From the NCBI RefSeq assembly GCF_009914755.1, contig NC_060938.1: a DNA stretch of 64,000 nt; one strand, given 5' to 3'. Of this stretch, positions 47,207 through 57,968 are shown in pieces. The stretch is from the human T2T-CHM13v2.0 reference genome, Homo sapiens. The translations under genes were made by a program, and so were the position numbers. The notes beneath the pieces are model-generated. The model did not search any database, had not been told where the DNA came from, and was given only the letters and a program-made list of their open reading frames with translations. The first letter of the stretch is position 1. The number at the start of each line of letters is the position of its first letter.

Positions 47207-47514
47207 TTTTTTTTTTTTTTTTTTTTTCTTTTTTGAGATGGAGTCTCGCTTAGAGGCTCAGGATGGAGCCCAATGGAGCAATCTCGGCTCACTGCAACAT
47301 CCGCTTCCTGGTTTCAGGCGATTCTACTGCCTCAGCCTACCGAGGAGCTGGGTTAACAGGCACCCGTTATTATGCCCAGCTAATTTTTGTATTTTCATAG
47401 AGACAGGGTTTAACCATGTTGGCCACGCTGGACTCGAACTCCTGCCATCAGGTGATCCGTCAGCCTCAGCCTTTCAATGTGCCGGGATTACAGGCGTGAG
47501 CCACTGTGGCCAGC
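47207..47514 (-). mobile_element. Alu
   Basis: Full antisense dimer with poly-T. Confidence 0.95.
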
Positions 47515-47596
47515 GAGTTCTCTTTTCTTTGTGAAGGGCAAGGCAAAGTGGAATGGATTCATCTAAAAGCGGAGTGCATGCCCTGGAAAACATCAT

Positions 47597-48129
47597 GGTT
47601 AGACCCATGTGAGACAGGTTAGTTTTACTGCGTGTGTTCTCCATGTGTTGTTGCCCATGTGTTGCTACCATGGTAATCCTGCTGAGTATGAGAGGAATCA
47701 AAGTTTCACACATTTGGTGTATGTGCTTGACTGAGGAACCAATGGGGTGAAGCTACCATCTGTGGGATTATGACTGAACGCCTCTAAATCAGAATCCCGC
47801 CCAGAAGAAAGGATGCAGCAGCGCTGGCAAGACTCGGTTGGCCTCAGATAGCCAGTCCCCAGCCTTTGCCACCGGCCGGACGCTCCGCCCCGCTGTGCGC
47901 CAAGACCTTGCTCCGGTCTTATCATCCTAAAAAATGGGGTGCGGCCCCCCATCCTAAAAAACGGGGTGCGGCCAGAAAGGCGTTTGCTCCCTGGCCCGTC
48001 ACATAACATGCTTATGGGGAATCTGATACTAAACTATTGGTAAACGCCCTGCTTCTGGGTCAGGGTTTCCTATGGAGCAGAGCAACTCCCTCACTGCAAC
48101 CTATTGAAAGTCAGCCCTCCACACAAGGG
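47597..48129 (+). pseudogene. Degenerate 28S rRNA 3'-terminal fragment (~530 nt)
   Basis: gtgagacaggttagttttac; sarcin-ricin-loop-like ctgagtatgagaggaatc; gaagctaccatctgtgggattatgactgaacgcctctaa; terminal ctattgaaagtcagccctccacacaaggg; many CpG-to-TpG/CpA changes. Confidence 0.95.
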
Positions 48130-49100
48130 GCTCTCAACCAGTGTGCGGGAAAACTAGCGTTGTGGCGTGTCCTGTATAATTCAGCCCTGGACCTCTACCT
48201 TCCTTCTTTCCTCCTTTTGCCCCCGGGGACTTAGTTCCCGGGCCTGCTCAGGCCCCCCGCCCCGGAGCCCCAGGGCATGCAGGGCTGTCTCTCGCGAGAT
48301 AACATTGGCGTCGGCCGTGCATTTGGGAGGGGTCGTTCCCCAACAGCAGGCTTTCCAAGATGCAGCGCTGGGGGTTGCGAGGTAGGGTTGGCGCCCCTGC
48401 TCGATGTTCCACCTCTCTGATTGAGCTTCTTTCTCCCATCCCGCTGGGAATTCCTCCACGAGTTGGGACCGGATTCTTCGAGCCTCGTGCGAATGGCTGA
48501 GGCGCGGGTGTCAGAGGTTTTGCCCCTGCAGTCCCTGCCTGAGTAGTGTTCGCGCGATGCCCGTGGGTGGCTGTTGGGGTCACAGTCCCTCTCCCCGCCT
48601 CAGGGGTGCTGGGATGAAAGACTAGCTAGTCACTACCCTTGTGTCTTTACTCCTCTTCTCTGTCCGGGTCAACCAGCGGACTGCGGGGAAATGGCTGGCA
48701 GGTCTGCCAAGTTAGACGGCCTCAAACCTGGGCCGGTTCTGTGTGATAAGGTTCCAACTGCGTCTGATCGCTTCCCTCCGCGAGCACCACATTTGGTCTT
48801 TAGGGTGGACCCTGTCGATTAGATGCTGGCCTTTGGCTTCCCGATCAGCCCGCGAATCAGCCGACTGCGGGAAGCAAGCAACATCCAGTTGACACGGCCG
48901 CGGGCTTCTCTGTCTGGAAGACCTGGGACCAGGGCCTAAGGCCCCAGTCCTCAGGTCTCTGGTCGCCGTGCCCACCTGATGTCCGCGGCAAGCGTTGGAC
49001 TTGACCGTCAACTTGGGATTTCTAAGGTAGACCAGATAACTTTGGTCAGCAGCAGTACCGCCCGCATTCACTAGGTGTCGCTTTTTCCTTGCGTTGTTTC
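48130..49100 (+). pseudogene. Degenerate 3'ETS/terminator-region-like sequence with Sal-box-like motifs
   Basis: GC/CpG-rich block directly after the 28S end; GGGTCAACCAG (48666-48676) and AGGTAGACCAG (49025-49035) versus Sal box GGGTCGACCAG. Confidence 0.6.
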
Positions 49101-49219
49101 TTCCTCTCCAACTGTTTCCACAGTACTTTCAGTTTCTCTTCGTTTTGTTTTTCTTTTATTTTTCTTGCTCCTCTTTCTACACACTGAAGTTGCTGTTGTT
49201 TTACATTTACCTTTTATTT

Positions 49220-52200
49220 ATTTGTAGTTTTTGAGGCAGGTTGGAGTGTAAGAATGCAATCTCGGCTTACAGCCGCCTCGACTTTCCAGGACTCCCTCAG
49301 GTGATCTTCCTATCTCAGCCTTCCAAGTGGCTGAGACTACAGGAATCACTTAATTCTGTGATGTCGAAGCTGAAGTGAGCCGTGATGATGCCTTGCCCTC
49401 CAGTCTGAGTGTTTCAGAAGGTAAGAGAGACAGGTTAAAGAAAAAAATTCCTTGAAATAAACTGCAATTAACTGTGATCTAAATTACCTTTTATAGTTTT
49501 TCACTCCCACGAGTTTGTTTATTATTATTGCTGCTTATTATTTCTTTGTATTATTGTTTGTCATTATTGTTATTGTTTTTATTATTTATGTAATTATTTA
49601 GAGATGGAGTCTTCCTCTATCACCCAGAGTGCAGTGCAGTGGCGCGACTTTGGGTCACTGCAGCTTCAAATGCCTGGGTTCAAATTCGCAATATGGCGAA
49701 ACACCCTGTTTACTAAAATCTGTCAATGACACCTTCAGGACCGTTGGTTGTGGCGGCTGCAATTTCGGAGGCTGAGGAGGGCAGTTCGCTAGAGCTCGGG
49801 AGTTCAAGACAGCCTCGGAAACAGACTGCAGAGCATTTGTCTGACCAAGACCCGCTGCAGCCTCCACCTCCCGACCCCAAGCGATGTTCTCAACTCAGGC
49901 TCCAAAGGATCTGGGACCACAGGCGCCTGCCATCATAATGCCCGGATTTTTTTCTTTTCTTTTCTTTTTCAGTAGAGACGGGGTCTCACTGTGTTGCCAG
50001 GGCTGGTCTCAAAGTCCTAGGCTCTAGCAATTCTTCCAACTCAGCCTCCCAAAGTGCTGGGATTATAGGTGTGAGCCACAATGCCCTGCCCTCTTTTTTA
50101 TTTCCTTCATTTTTTCTCTTTTTTTCTTTCTCTTTCTTTCTGTCTTTTCTTTTTCTTCTCTCTTTTTCTTCCTCCCTTTTTTCTCTCATTTCTCATTCTT
50201 TTTTTTTCTGTTTCTATGTCTTTTGGTTTTCTTTTTCATCTTTCTTCCCTTTACATCTCTGTCTGTCTATTTTCTTTTTCTTGATCTTCCTTACTCTCTC
50301 TCTCTTTTCTTCATTTCTTTCTTTCCATCCCTCTGTCTGTCTGTCTTTGTGTGGATTTTGGAAAATTCTCCTTATTCTGTATCTCCCTGTGTATCACAAG
50401 CCTCTGTGACTTTCACTTTGTTGTTTTTCCTCCTTGTCGCGTAAAAGGCATTCACTGCTCTTTTATTTTGGTGCTCTGTGGATGTTCGAAGGGTGGGGAA
50501 AAAGTGGTCCACGAATGTGATTGGTTTCATGAGAGACACGAGAGACAAAAGAACATATGATGATTACTTCGCTAAATGCCCTGTTTATTCTTTCAACTGC
50601 ACTCATACAAGTAAGGACGCAGTTGGTGGGTTGAGAGATCTCTGTGTAGTCATGACTCTGCAATTATACTTGACGAGAGCGGTGATGATGAACGGGCGGC
50701 ATGGAAACCTGCCCTTCTTTGGTGTCAGTTGAGCACAGTGAGAAGAGATTCACAATGGCCTGTATCTCAACCTGATGGTACTGTGTTTCTGCTCTGATCT
50801 TTAGGAATGAGAGAAGCATTCCCGTGCATTCCTGCAACGTCCTTGAAGTTTTCTTTTTAAACTTTTCGATTAACTAACGTATTTATTAATTTATTTGAGA
50901 TGGAGTCTTGTTCTGTTGGTCAGGCCATGGCGCAGTATCGGGCCACTGCAACCTCCGCCTCCCAGGTTCCAGCGATTCTCTTGCCTTAGCCTCTCGAGTA
51001 GCTGGGATAACAGGCACGTGCCACCATACCCAGCTAACTTTTACCTTTTTAGTAAAGACAGGGTTTTCCCATGTTGCCCAGGCTGGTCTTGAACTCCAAC
51101 TTCCAGGAATCCTGTGGCCTCGTCCTCCCAAAGTGCTGGGAGATCCCAGGTCATCAGACTCGAGAAAGAATGTTGGTTGATATAGAAAGGCGAGACACAC
51201 TGCGCCCGACCCAAATTGCTATTTTTAAAAATAAACCAGTAGGCTGGGTGCAGTGGGCCACTCCTCTCATCTCAGCAGTTTGCTAGGCGGATGTGGGAGG
51301 ATTACGAGGTCAGGAGTTTGAGACCAGCCTGGCCAACATAGTCAAACTCTGTCTGTATGAAGAATACAAAAATTAACCAGGTGTGGTGTCACACACCTCT
51401 ACTCCCAGCTACTCTATATGCTGAGGTAGTAGAATCTGTTGAAGCCGGGAGATGGAGATTGCAGTCAGCCCAGATCATGCCACTGGACTCCAGCTTGGGT
51501 GACAGAGTCAGATTCCATCTAAAAAAAAAAAAAGTAATTAAAAATAAGTGAGTTTCCAAGAAGAAATAGAAACCCGCAGTGACACAAACATATGCATCTC
51601 ACCTTTCGAGGCAGCAATGACACTACAAACTTGTAAACTCAGTTCATTTCTTGACTGCGGACCATGGGTATTTGTGATGCTTCCTCTTGGAACATAGTTC
51701 TGTGTGACACCATACCCAGCTAACATTTGCCTTTTTAGTAGTCAGAATTTTGCTATATTGCCCAGACTGCTCTTGAACTCATGAACTCCAGGTATCCGCC
51801 CGCCCAAAAAAAAGAGTTGTGATGAAAGGAGACACACAGATGGATTTCAGCCCTTAAAATGGTGCATGCTGCCACATTTCACAGATCTTCCCTGGGCCTT
51901 ACTGGTATTTGCCCAACATAGAAATGCTTTCTAAAAAGTGACAATTTGCTTACATAATATTTCCACAAGCGATGCCTTGGTCTGTGTTTGTTTTTACGTT
52001 TTGTTTTGTTTGTAGTTTTTACTTTACTTATCTCTTTTCAGTTGAAGTAGATTTTACCAATTTTAGGAAGATGTGTATTTTCCCCAAAACCTGTTAGCTG
52101 GTGTTTTCTTCGGTCATTAAGTAGCGATTTTCGGAATCTCTCAAGGTACAGTGAGAGCCGATTGGTATAAACTATACTTCATAAAATCTTCTTTCCTTTT

Positions 52201-53534
52201 CATTTTTTTTTTTTTTTTTTTTGTCTTTCAGGTGGAGTTTCGCTCTTATTGCCCAGGCTGGAGTTCAGTGGCGTGACCTCAGCTCACCGCAACCTCTGCC
52301 GCCTGTGTTCAAGAGATTTTCCAGTCTTCACCCTTTCGAGTAGCTGAAACCACAGGCAAACACCTCCAGGCCTGGCTAATTTTTTTTTTTTCATAGAGAC
52401 TAGGTAGCTCCATAATGGTCAGGCTGGTCTAGAACACCCAACCTGAGGCGTACCACCCAACTTGACCACCCAAAGTGCTGAGATTAAAGGCGTGAGCTCC
52501 GCGTCTGGCCATAACATCTTATCCTATAGAAGCCCAGAGAGGTTAGGTATGTAGTCCCTGAGACCAGCCTTCCTTGGATGAACTCCAAAGTGATGGCTGA
52601 GGATTAGGGAGTGTGGGGTGGGGGCTGGAAAGTCGGTCCCCTATTGTTGCTACCTAGGCCATGACATCCCCATACTCCCATCGCCTGCTCACCGTTTGAG
52701 ATTCCCCCCCACCACCGCCTTGGTGGCTGAACTCTTACTTTAATTTCTGTCTTTCTTCGTTTGTTGGGTTTCAGGAGGGGGTGCAGGAAAGACGGTGTGC
52801 GTGGGGAGGGGGTGTAGGGTGGGGATGGAGGGGAGCGTCCTAAGGGTCGATGTAGTGTCATGCCTCTTTCATCACCACCACCGAAGATGAAACAATAATC
52901 ATCTAAATACCGCGTGTTCTCACACATAAGTGGGAACTACATAATGAGAATGCATGCGAAGAACTAGGGGGACGAGAGACGCAGGAGCCTACCTGAGGGA
53001 GGACGTGTGGAAGGACAGACAGCTTCAGGACAAAGCAAAACGAGCAGAACACAAAAACTGTAGGGGACTGCGCTGAGAATCCGGGTGAGGAAATCATCGG
53101 CACACTGAACCCCCTACTCAGAAGTTTACCTATGAAACAATCTTGCACATGTATGCTTCAAAAACAAATAACAGTTAGGGAAGAAAGAGAGAGAGAGAGA
53201 AAGAGAGAGAGACAAGTAAAATAAAGCACCACCTCCTTGACCTGACTCAGGGCGTTTGGGGTCTTCTGGGGAAATGTTCTGAAACAATGGAGTATTTTGG
53301 TCTGTTCTTTCTTGTGTCTTTTTTTTTTTTTTTAAGACGGACTCTCGCTCAGCCACCCAGGCTGGAATGCAGTGGTGCACTGGGTTCACTGCAGCAAATA
53401 TCTCCCGGGTTGAAGCGATTCTCCAGTCTCATCCTCCTGAGTGGCCGGGATTACAGTCACGCGCCATAATGCCCTGCTAATTTTTGAACATTAGTAGAGA
53501 AGGGGTATTGCCATGCTTGCGACGCTGGACTTGA
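49220..53534. other. Mosaic of diverged IGS-like segments and Alus in both orientations (e.g. 50885-51145 -, 51242-51533 +, 52203-52510 -, 53320-53534 - truncated)
   Basis: Alu motifs visible; 51535-51623 is paralogous to IGS 53570-53687 within this window; 52510-53300 resembles IGS from memory. Confidence 0.65.
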
Positions 53535-53986
53535 AGGCAAAATGAAAATGAAAATGAAACGCAACAAAATAATTAAAAAGTGAGTTTCTGGGGAAAAAGA
53601 AGAAAAGAAAAAAGAAAAAAACAACAAAACAGAACAACCCCACCGTGACGTACACATACGCCTCTCGCCTTTCGAGGCCTCAAACACGTTAGGAATTATG
53701 CGTGATTTCTTTTTTTAACTTCATTTTATGTTATTATCGTGATTGATGTTTCGAGACGGAGTCTCGGAGGCCCGCCCTCCCTGGTTGCCCAGACAACCCC
53801 GGGAGACAGACCCTGGCTGGGCCCGATTGTTCTTCTCCTTGGTCAGGGGTTTCCTTGTCTTTCTTCGTGTCTTTAACCCGCGTGGACTCTTCCGCTCGGG
53901 TTTGACAGATGGCAGCTCCACTTTAGGCCTTGTTGTTGTTGGGGACTTTCCTGATTCTCCCCAGATGTAGTGAAAGCAGGTAGATT

Positions 53987-54016
53987 TGCCTTGCCTGGCC
54001 TTGCCTGGCCTTGCCT
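53987..54016 (+). promoter_or_regulatory. RGC-type p53 response element (three half-sites)
   Basis: TGCCTTGCCT-GGCCTTGCCT-GGCCTTGCCT matches the ribosomal gene cluster p53 site except one base versus the recalled GGACTTGCCT. Confidence 0.75.
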
Positions 54017-54065
54017 TTTCTTTCTTTCTTTCTTTCTTTATTACTTTCTCTTTTTCTTCTTCTTC

Positions 54066-54360
54066 TTCTTCTTTTTTTTGAGACAGAGTTTCACTCTTGT
54101 TGCCCAGGCTAGAGGGCAATGGCGCGATCTCGGCTCACCGCACCCTCCGCCTCCCAGGTTCAAGCGATTCTCCTGCCTCAGCCTCCTGATTAGCTGGGAT
54201 TACAGGCATGGGCCACCGTGCCTGGCTGATGTTTGTACTTTTAGTAGAGACGGTGTTTTTCCATGTTGGTCAGGCTGGTCTCCCACTCCCAACCTCAGGT
54301 GGTCCGCCTGCCTTAGCCTCCCAAAGTGCTGGGATGACAGGCGTGAGCCACCGCGCCCAG

Positions 54361-54361
<1 letters not shown>
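54066..54361 (-). mobile_element. IGS Alu
   Basis: Full antisense dimer ending ccgcgcccagcc. Confidence 0.95.
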
Positions 54362-54397
<36 letters not shown>

Positions 54398-55202
54398 CGC
54401 TTGCTTGCTTGCTTTCGTGCTTTCTTGCTTTCCCGTTTTCTTGCTTTCTTTCTTTCTTTCGTTTCTTTCATGCTTGCTTTCTTGCTTGCTTGCTTGCTTT
54501 CGTGCTTTCTTGCTTTCCTGTTTTCTTTCTTTCTTTCTTTCTTTCTTTCTTTTGTTTCTTTCTTGCTTGCTTTCTTGCTTGCTTGCTTGCTTTCGTGCTT
54601 TCTTGCTTTCCTGTTTTCTTTCTTTCTTTCTTTCTTTTCTTTCTTTCTTGCTTGCTTTCGTGCTTTCTTGCTTTCCTGTTTTCTTTTTCTTTCTTTCTTT
54701 CTTTCTTTCTTTTGTTTCTTTCCTGCTTGCTTTCTTGCTTGCTTGCTTGCTTTCGTGCTTTCTTGCTTTCCTGTTTTCTTTCTTTCTTTCTTTCTTTTGT
54801 TTCTTTCTTGCTTGCTTTCTTGCTTGCTTGCTTTCGTGCTGTCTTGTTTTCTCGATTTCTTTCTTTCTTTTGTTTCTTTCCTGCTTGCTTTCTTGCTTGA
54901 TTGCTTTCGTGCTTTCTTGCTTTCTTGTTTTCTTTCTTTCTTTTGTTTCTTTCTTTCTTGCTTCCTTGTTTTCTTGCTTTCTTGCTTGCTTGCTTTCGTG
55001 CTTTCTTGTTTTCTTGCTTTCTTTCTTTTGTTTCTTTCTTGCTTGCTTTCTTGCTTCCTTGTTTTCTTGCTTTCTTGCTTGCTTGCTTTCGTGCTTTCTT
55101 TCTTGCTTTCTTTTCTTTCTTTCTTTTCTTTTTCTTTCTTTCTTGCTTTCTTTTCTTTCATTCATTCATTCTTTCTTTCTTTCCTTTCTTTCTTTCTTTC
55201 TT

Positions 55203-55245
<43 letters not shown>
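54362..55245. repeat. IGS (CT)n plus complex (CTTG/CTTT/TCGTG) polypyrimidine repeat
   Basis: Directly visible; ttgctttcgtgctttcttgc recurs roughly every 60-90 bp. Confidence 0.97.
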
Positions 55246-55254
55246 GTTTCGTCC

Positions 55255-55548
<294 letters not shown>

Positions 55549-56622
55549 TGTTGACTCATTTCGCTTTTTTATTTCTTTCGTTTCCACGCGTTTACTTATA
55601 TGTATTAATGTAAACGTTTCTGTACGCTTATATGCAAACAACGACAACGTGTATCTCTGCATTGAATACTCTTGCGTATGGTAAATACGTATCGGTTGTA
55701 TGGAAATAGACTTCTGTATGATAGATGTAGGTGTTTGTGTTATACAAATAAATACACATCGCTCTATAAAGAAGGGATCGTCGATAAAGACGTTTATTTT
55801 ACGTATGAAAAGCGTCGTATTTATGTGTGTAAATGAACGAGCGTACGTAGTTATCTCTGTTTTCTTTCTTCCTCTCCTTCGTGTTTTTCTTCCTTCCTTT
55901 CTTCCTTTCTCTCCTTCTTTAGGTTTTTCTTCCTCTCTTCCTTTCCTTCTTTCTCTCTTTCTGTCCTTTTTTCCTTCGTGCTTTATTTCTCTTTCGTTCC
56001 CTGTGTTTCCTTCTTTTTTCTTTCCTCTCTGTTTCTTTTTCCCTTCTTTCCTTCGTTTCTTTCCTCATTCTTTCTCTCTTTTTCGTGTTTCTTTCCTTCC
56101 CGTCTGTCTTTTAAAAAATGGAGTGTTTCAGAAGTTTACTTTGTGTATCTACGTTTTCTAAATTGTCTCTCTTTTCTCCATTTTCTTCCTCCCTCCCTCC
56201 CTCCCTCCCTCCCTGCTCCCTTCCCTCCCTCCTTCCCTTTCGCCATCTGTCTCTTTTCCCCACTCCCCTCCCCCCGTCTGTCTCTGCGTGGATTCCGGAA
56301 GAGCCTACGCATTCTGCCTCTCCGTGTGTCTGCAGCGACCCGCGACCGAGTCCTTGTGTGTTCTTTCTCCCTCCCTCCCTCCCTCCCTCCCTCCCTCCCT
56401 GCTTCCGAGAGGCATCTCCAAACACCCACGCGCCGTGGGTTGTCTTCTGACTCTGTCGCGGTCGAGGCAGAGACGCGTTTTGGGCACCGTTTGTGTGGGG
56501 TTGGGGCAGAGGGGCTGCGTTTTCGGCCTCGGGAAGAGCTTCTCGACTCACGGTTTCGCTTTCGCGGTCCACGGGCCGCCCTGCCAGCCGGATCTGTCTC
56601 GCTGACGTCCGCGGCGGTTGTC

Positions 56623-56642
56623 GGGCTCCATCTGGCGGCCGC
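56623..56642 (-). promoter_or_regulatory. CTCF site at the spacer-promoter boundary (~ -900)
   Basis: Minus strand GCGGCCGCCAGATGGAGCCC fits the CTCF core; position agrees with known CTCF occupancy upstream of the rDNA promoter. Confidence 0.75.
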
Positions 56643-56835
56643 TTTGAGATCGTGCTCTCGGCTTCCGGAGCTGCGGTGGCAGCTGCCGAGGGAGGGGACC
56701 GTCCCCGCTGTGAGCTAGGCAGAGCTCCGGAAAGCCCGCGGTCGTCAGCCCGGCTGGCCCGGTGGCGCCAGAGCTGTGGCGCGTCGCTTGTGAGTCACAG
56801 CTCTGGCGTGCAGGTTTATGTGGGGGAGAGGCTGT

Positions 56836-56927
56836 CGCTGCGCTTCTGGGCCCGCGGCGGGCGTGGGGCTGCCCGGGCCGGTCGACCAGCGCGCCGTAGC
56901 TCCCGAGGCCCGAGCCGCGACCCGCGG
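56836..56927 (+). ncRNA. MIR6724: Annotated miR-6724 hairpin (rDNA-embedded; miRNA status doubtful)
   Basis: CTGGGCCCGCGGCGGGCGTGGGG at 56846-56868. Confidence 0.6.
56879..56889 (+). terminator. Sal box / TTF-I site, probable spacer terminator Tsp
   Basis: CGGTCGACCAG, about -650. Confidence 0.75.
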
Positions 56928-57351
56928 GGACCCGCCGCGCGTGGCGCGGGAGGCTGGGGACGCCCTTCCCGGCCCGGTCGCGGGTCCGCGCTCATCCTGG
57001 CCGTCTGAGGCGGCGGCCGAATTCGTTTCCGAGTCCCCGTGGGGAGCCGGGGACCGTCCCGCCCCCGTCCCCCGGGTGCCGGGGAGCGGTCCCCGGGCCG
57101 GGCCGCGGTCCCTCTGCCGCGATCCTTTCTGGCGAGTCCCCGTGCGGAGTCGGAGAGCGCTCCCTGAGCGCGCGTGCGGCCCGAGAGGTCGCGCCTGGCC
57201 GGCCTTCGGTCCCTCGTGTGTCCCGGTCGTAGGAGGGGCCGGCCGAAAATGCTTCCGGCTCCCGCTCTGGAGACACGGGCCGGCCCCCTGCGTGTGGCAC
57301 GGGCGGCCGGGAGGGCGTCCCCGGCCCGGCGCTGCTCCCGCGTGTGTCCTG

Positions 57352-57362
57352 GGGTTGACCAG
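57352..57362 (+). terminator. Promoter-proximal TTF-I site T0
   Basis: GGGTTGACCAG at -176 to -166. Confidence 0.75.
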
Positions 57363-57371
57363 AGGGCCCCG

Positions 57372-57545
57372 GGCGCTCCGTGTGTGGCTGCGATGGTGGC
57401 GTTTTTGGGGACAGGTGTCCGTGTCGCGCGTCGCCTGGGCCGGCGGCGTGGTCGGTGACGCGACCTCCCGGCCCCGGGGGAGGTATATCTTTCGCTCCGA
57501 GTCGGCATTTTGGGCCGCCGGGTTATTGCTGACGCGCTGTCCTCT
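57372..57545 (+). promoter_or_regulatory. RNA polymerase I 47S promoter: UCE (~57372-57421) and core (~57483-57545); TSS 57528
   Basis: ggaggtatatctttcgctccgagtcggcattttgggccgccgggttatt|GCTGAC matches the human rDNA core promoter. Confidence 0.95.
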
Positions 57546-57940
57546 GGCGACCTGTCGCTGGAGAGGTTGGGCCTCCGGATGCGCGCGGGGCTCTGGCCTA
57601 CCGGTGACCCGGCTAGCCGGCCGCGCTCCTGCTTGAGCCGCCTGCCGGGGCCCGCGGGCCTGCTGTTCTCTCGCGCGTCCGAGCGTCCCGACTCCCGGTG
57701 CCGGCCCGGGTCCGGGTCTCTGACCCACCCGGGGGCGGCGGGGAAGGCGGCGAGGGCCACCGTGCCCCCGTGCGCTCTCCGCTGCGGGCGCCCGGGGCGG
57801 CCGCGACAACCCCACCCCGCTGGCTCCGTGCCGTGCGTGTCAGGCGTTCTCGTCTCCGCGGGGTTGTCCGCCGCCCCTTCCCCGGAGTGGGGGGTTGGCC
57901 GGAGCCGATCGGCTCGCTGGCCGGCCGGCCGGCCTCCGCT

Positions 57941-57968
57941 CCCGGGGGGCTCTTCGTGATCGATGTGG
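57941..57968 (+). other. Primary processing site A'/01 region with conserved 11-nt motif
   Basis: GATCGATGTGG at 57958-57968 (+431 to +441), just downstream of the approximately +414 to +422 cleavage region. Confidence 0.75.

Noticed and set aside
47597-48129. Functional 28S gene
   Set aside because: Only the 3' ~530 nt, heavy CpG decay including the sarcin-ricin region, internal small duplications, no promoter.
52600-52835. G-quadruplex-prone G-runs
   Set aside because: Present, but common throughout rDNA-derived sequence; nothing specific supports a function.
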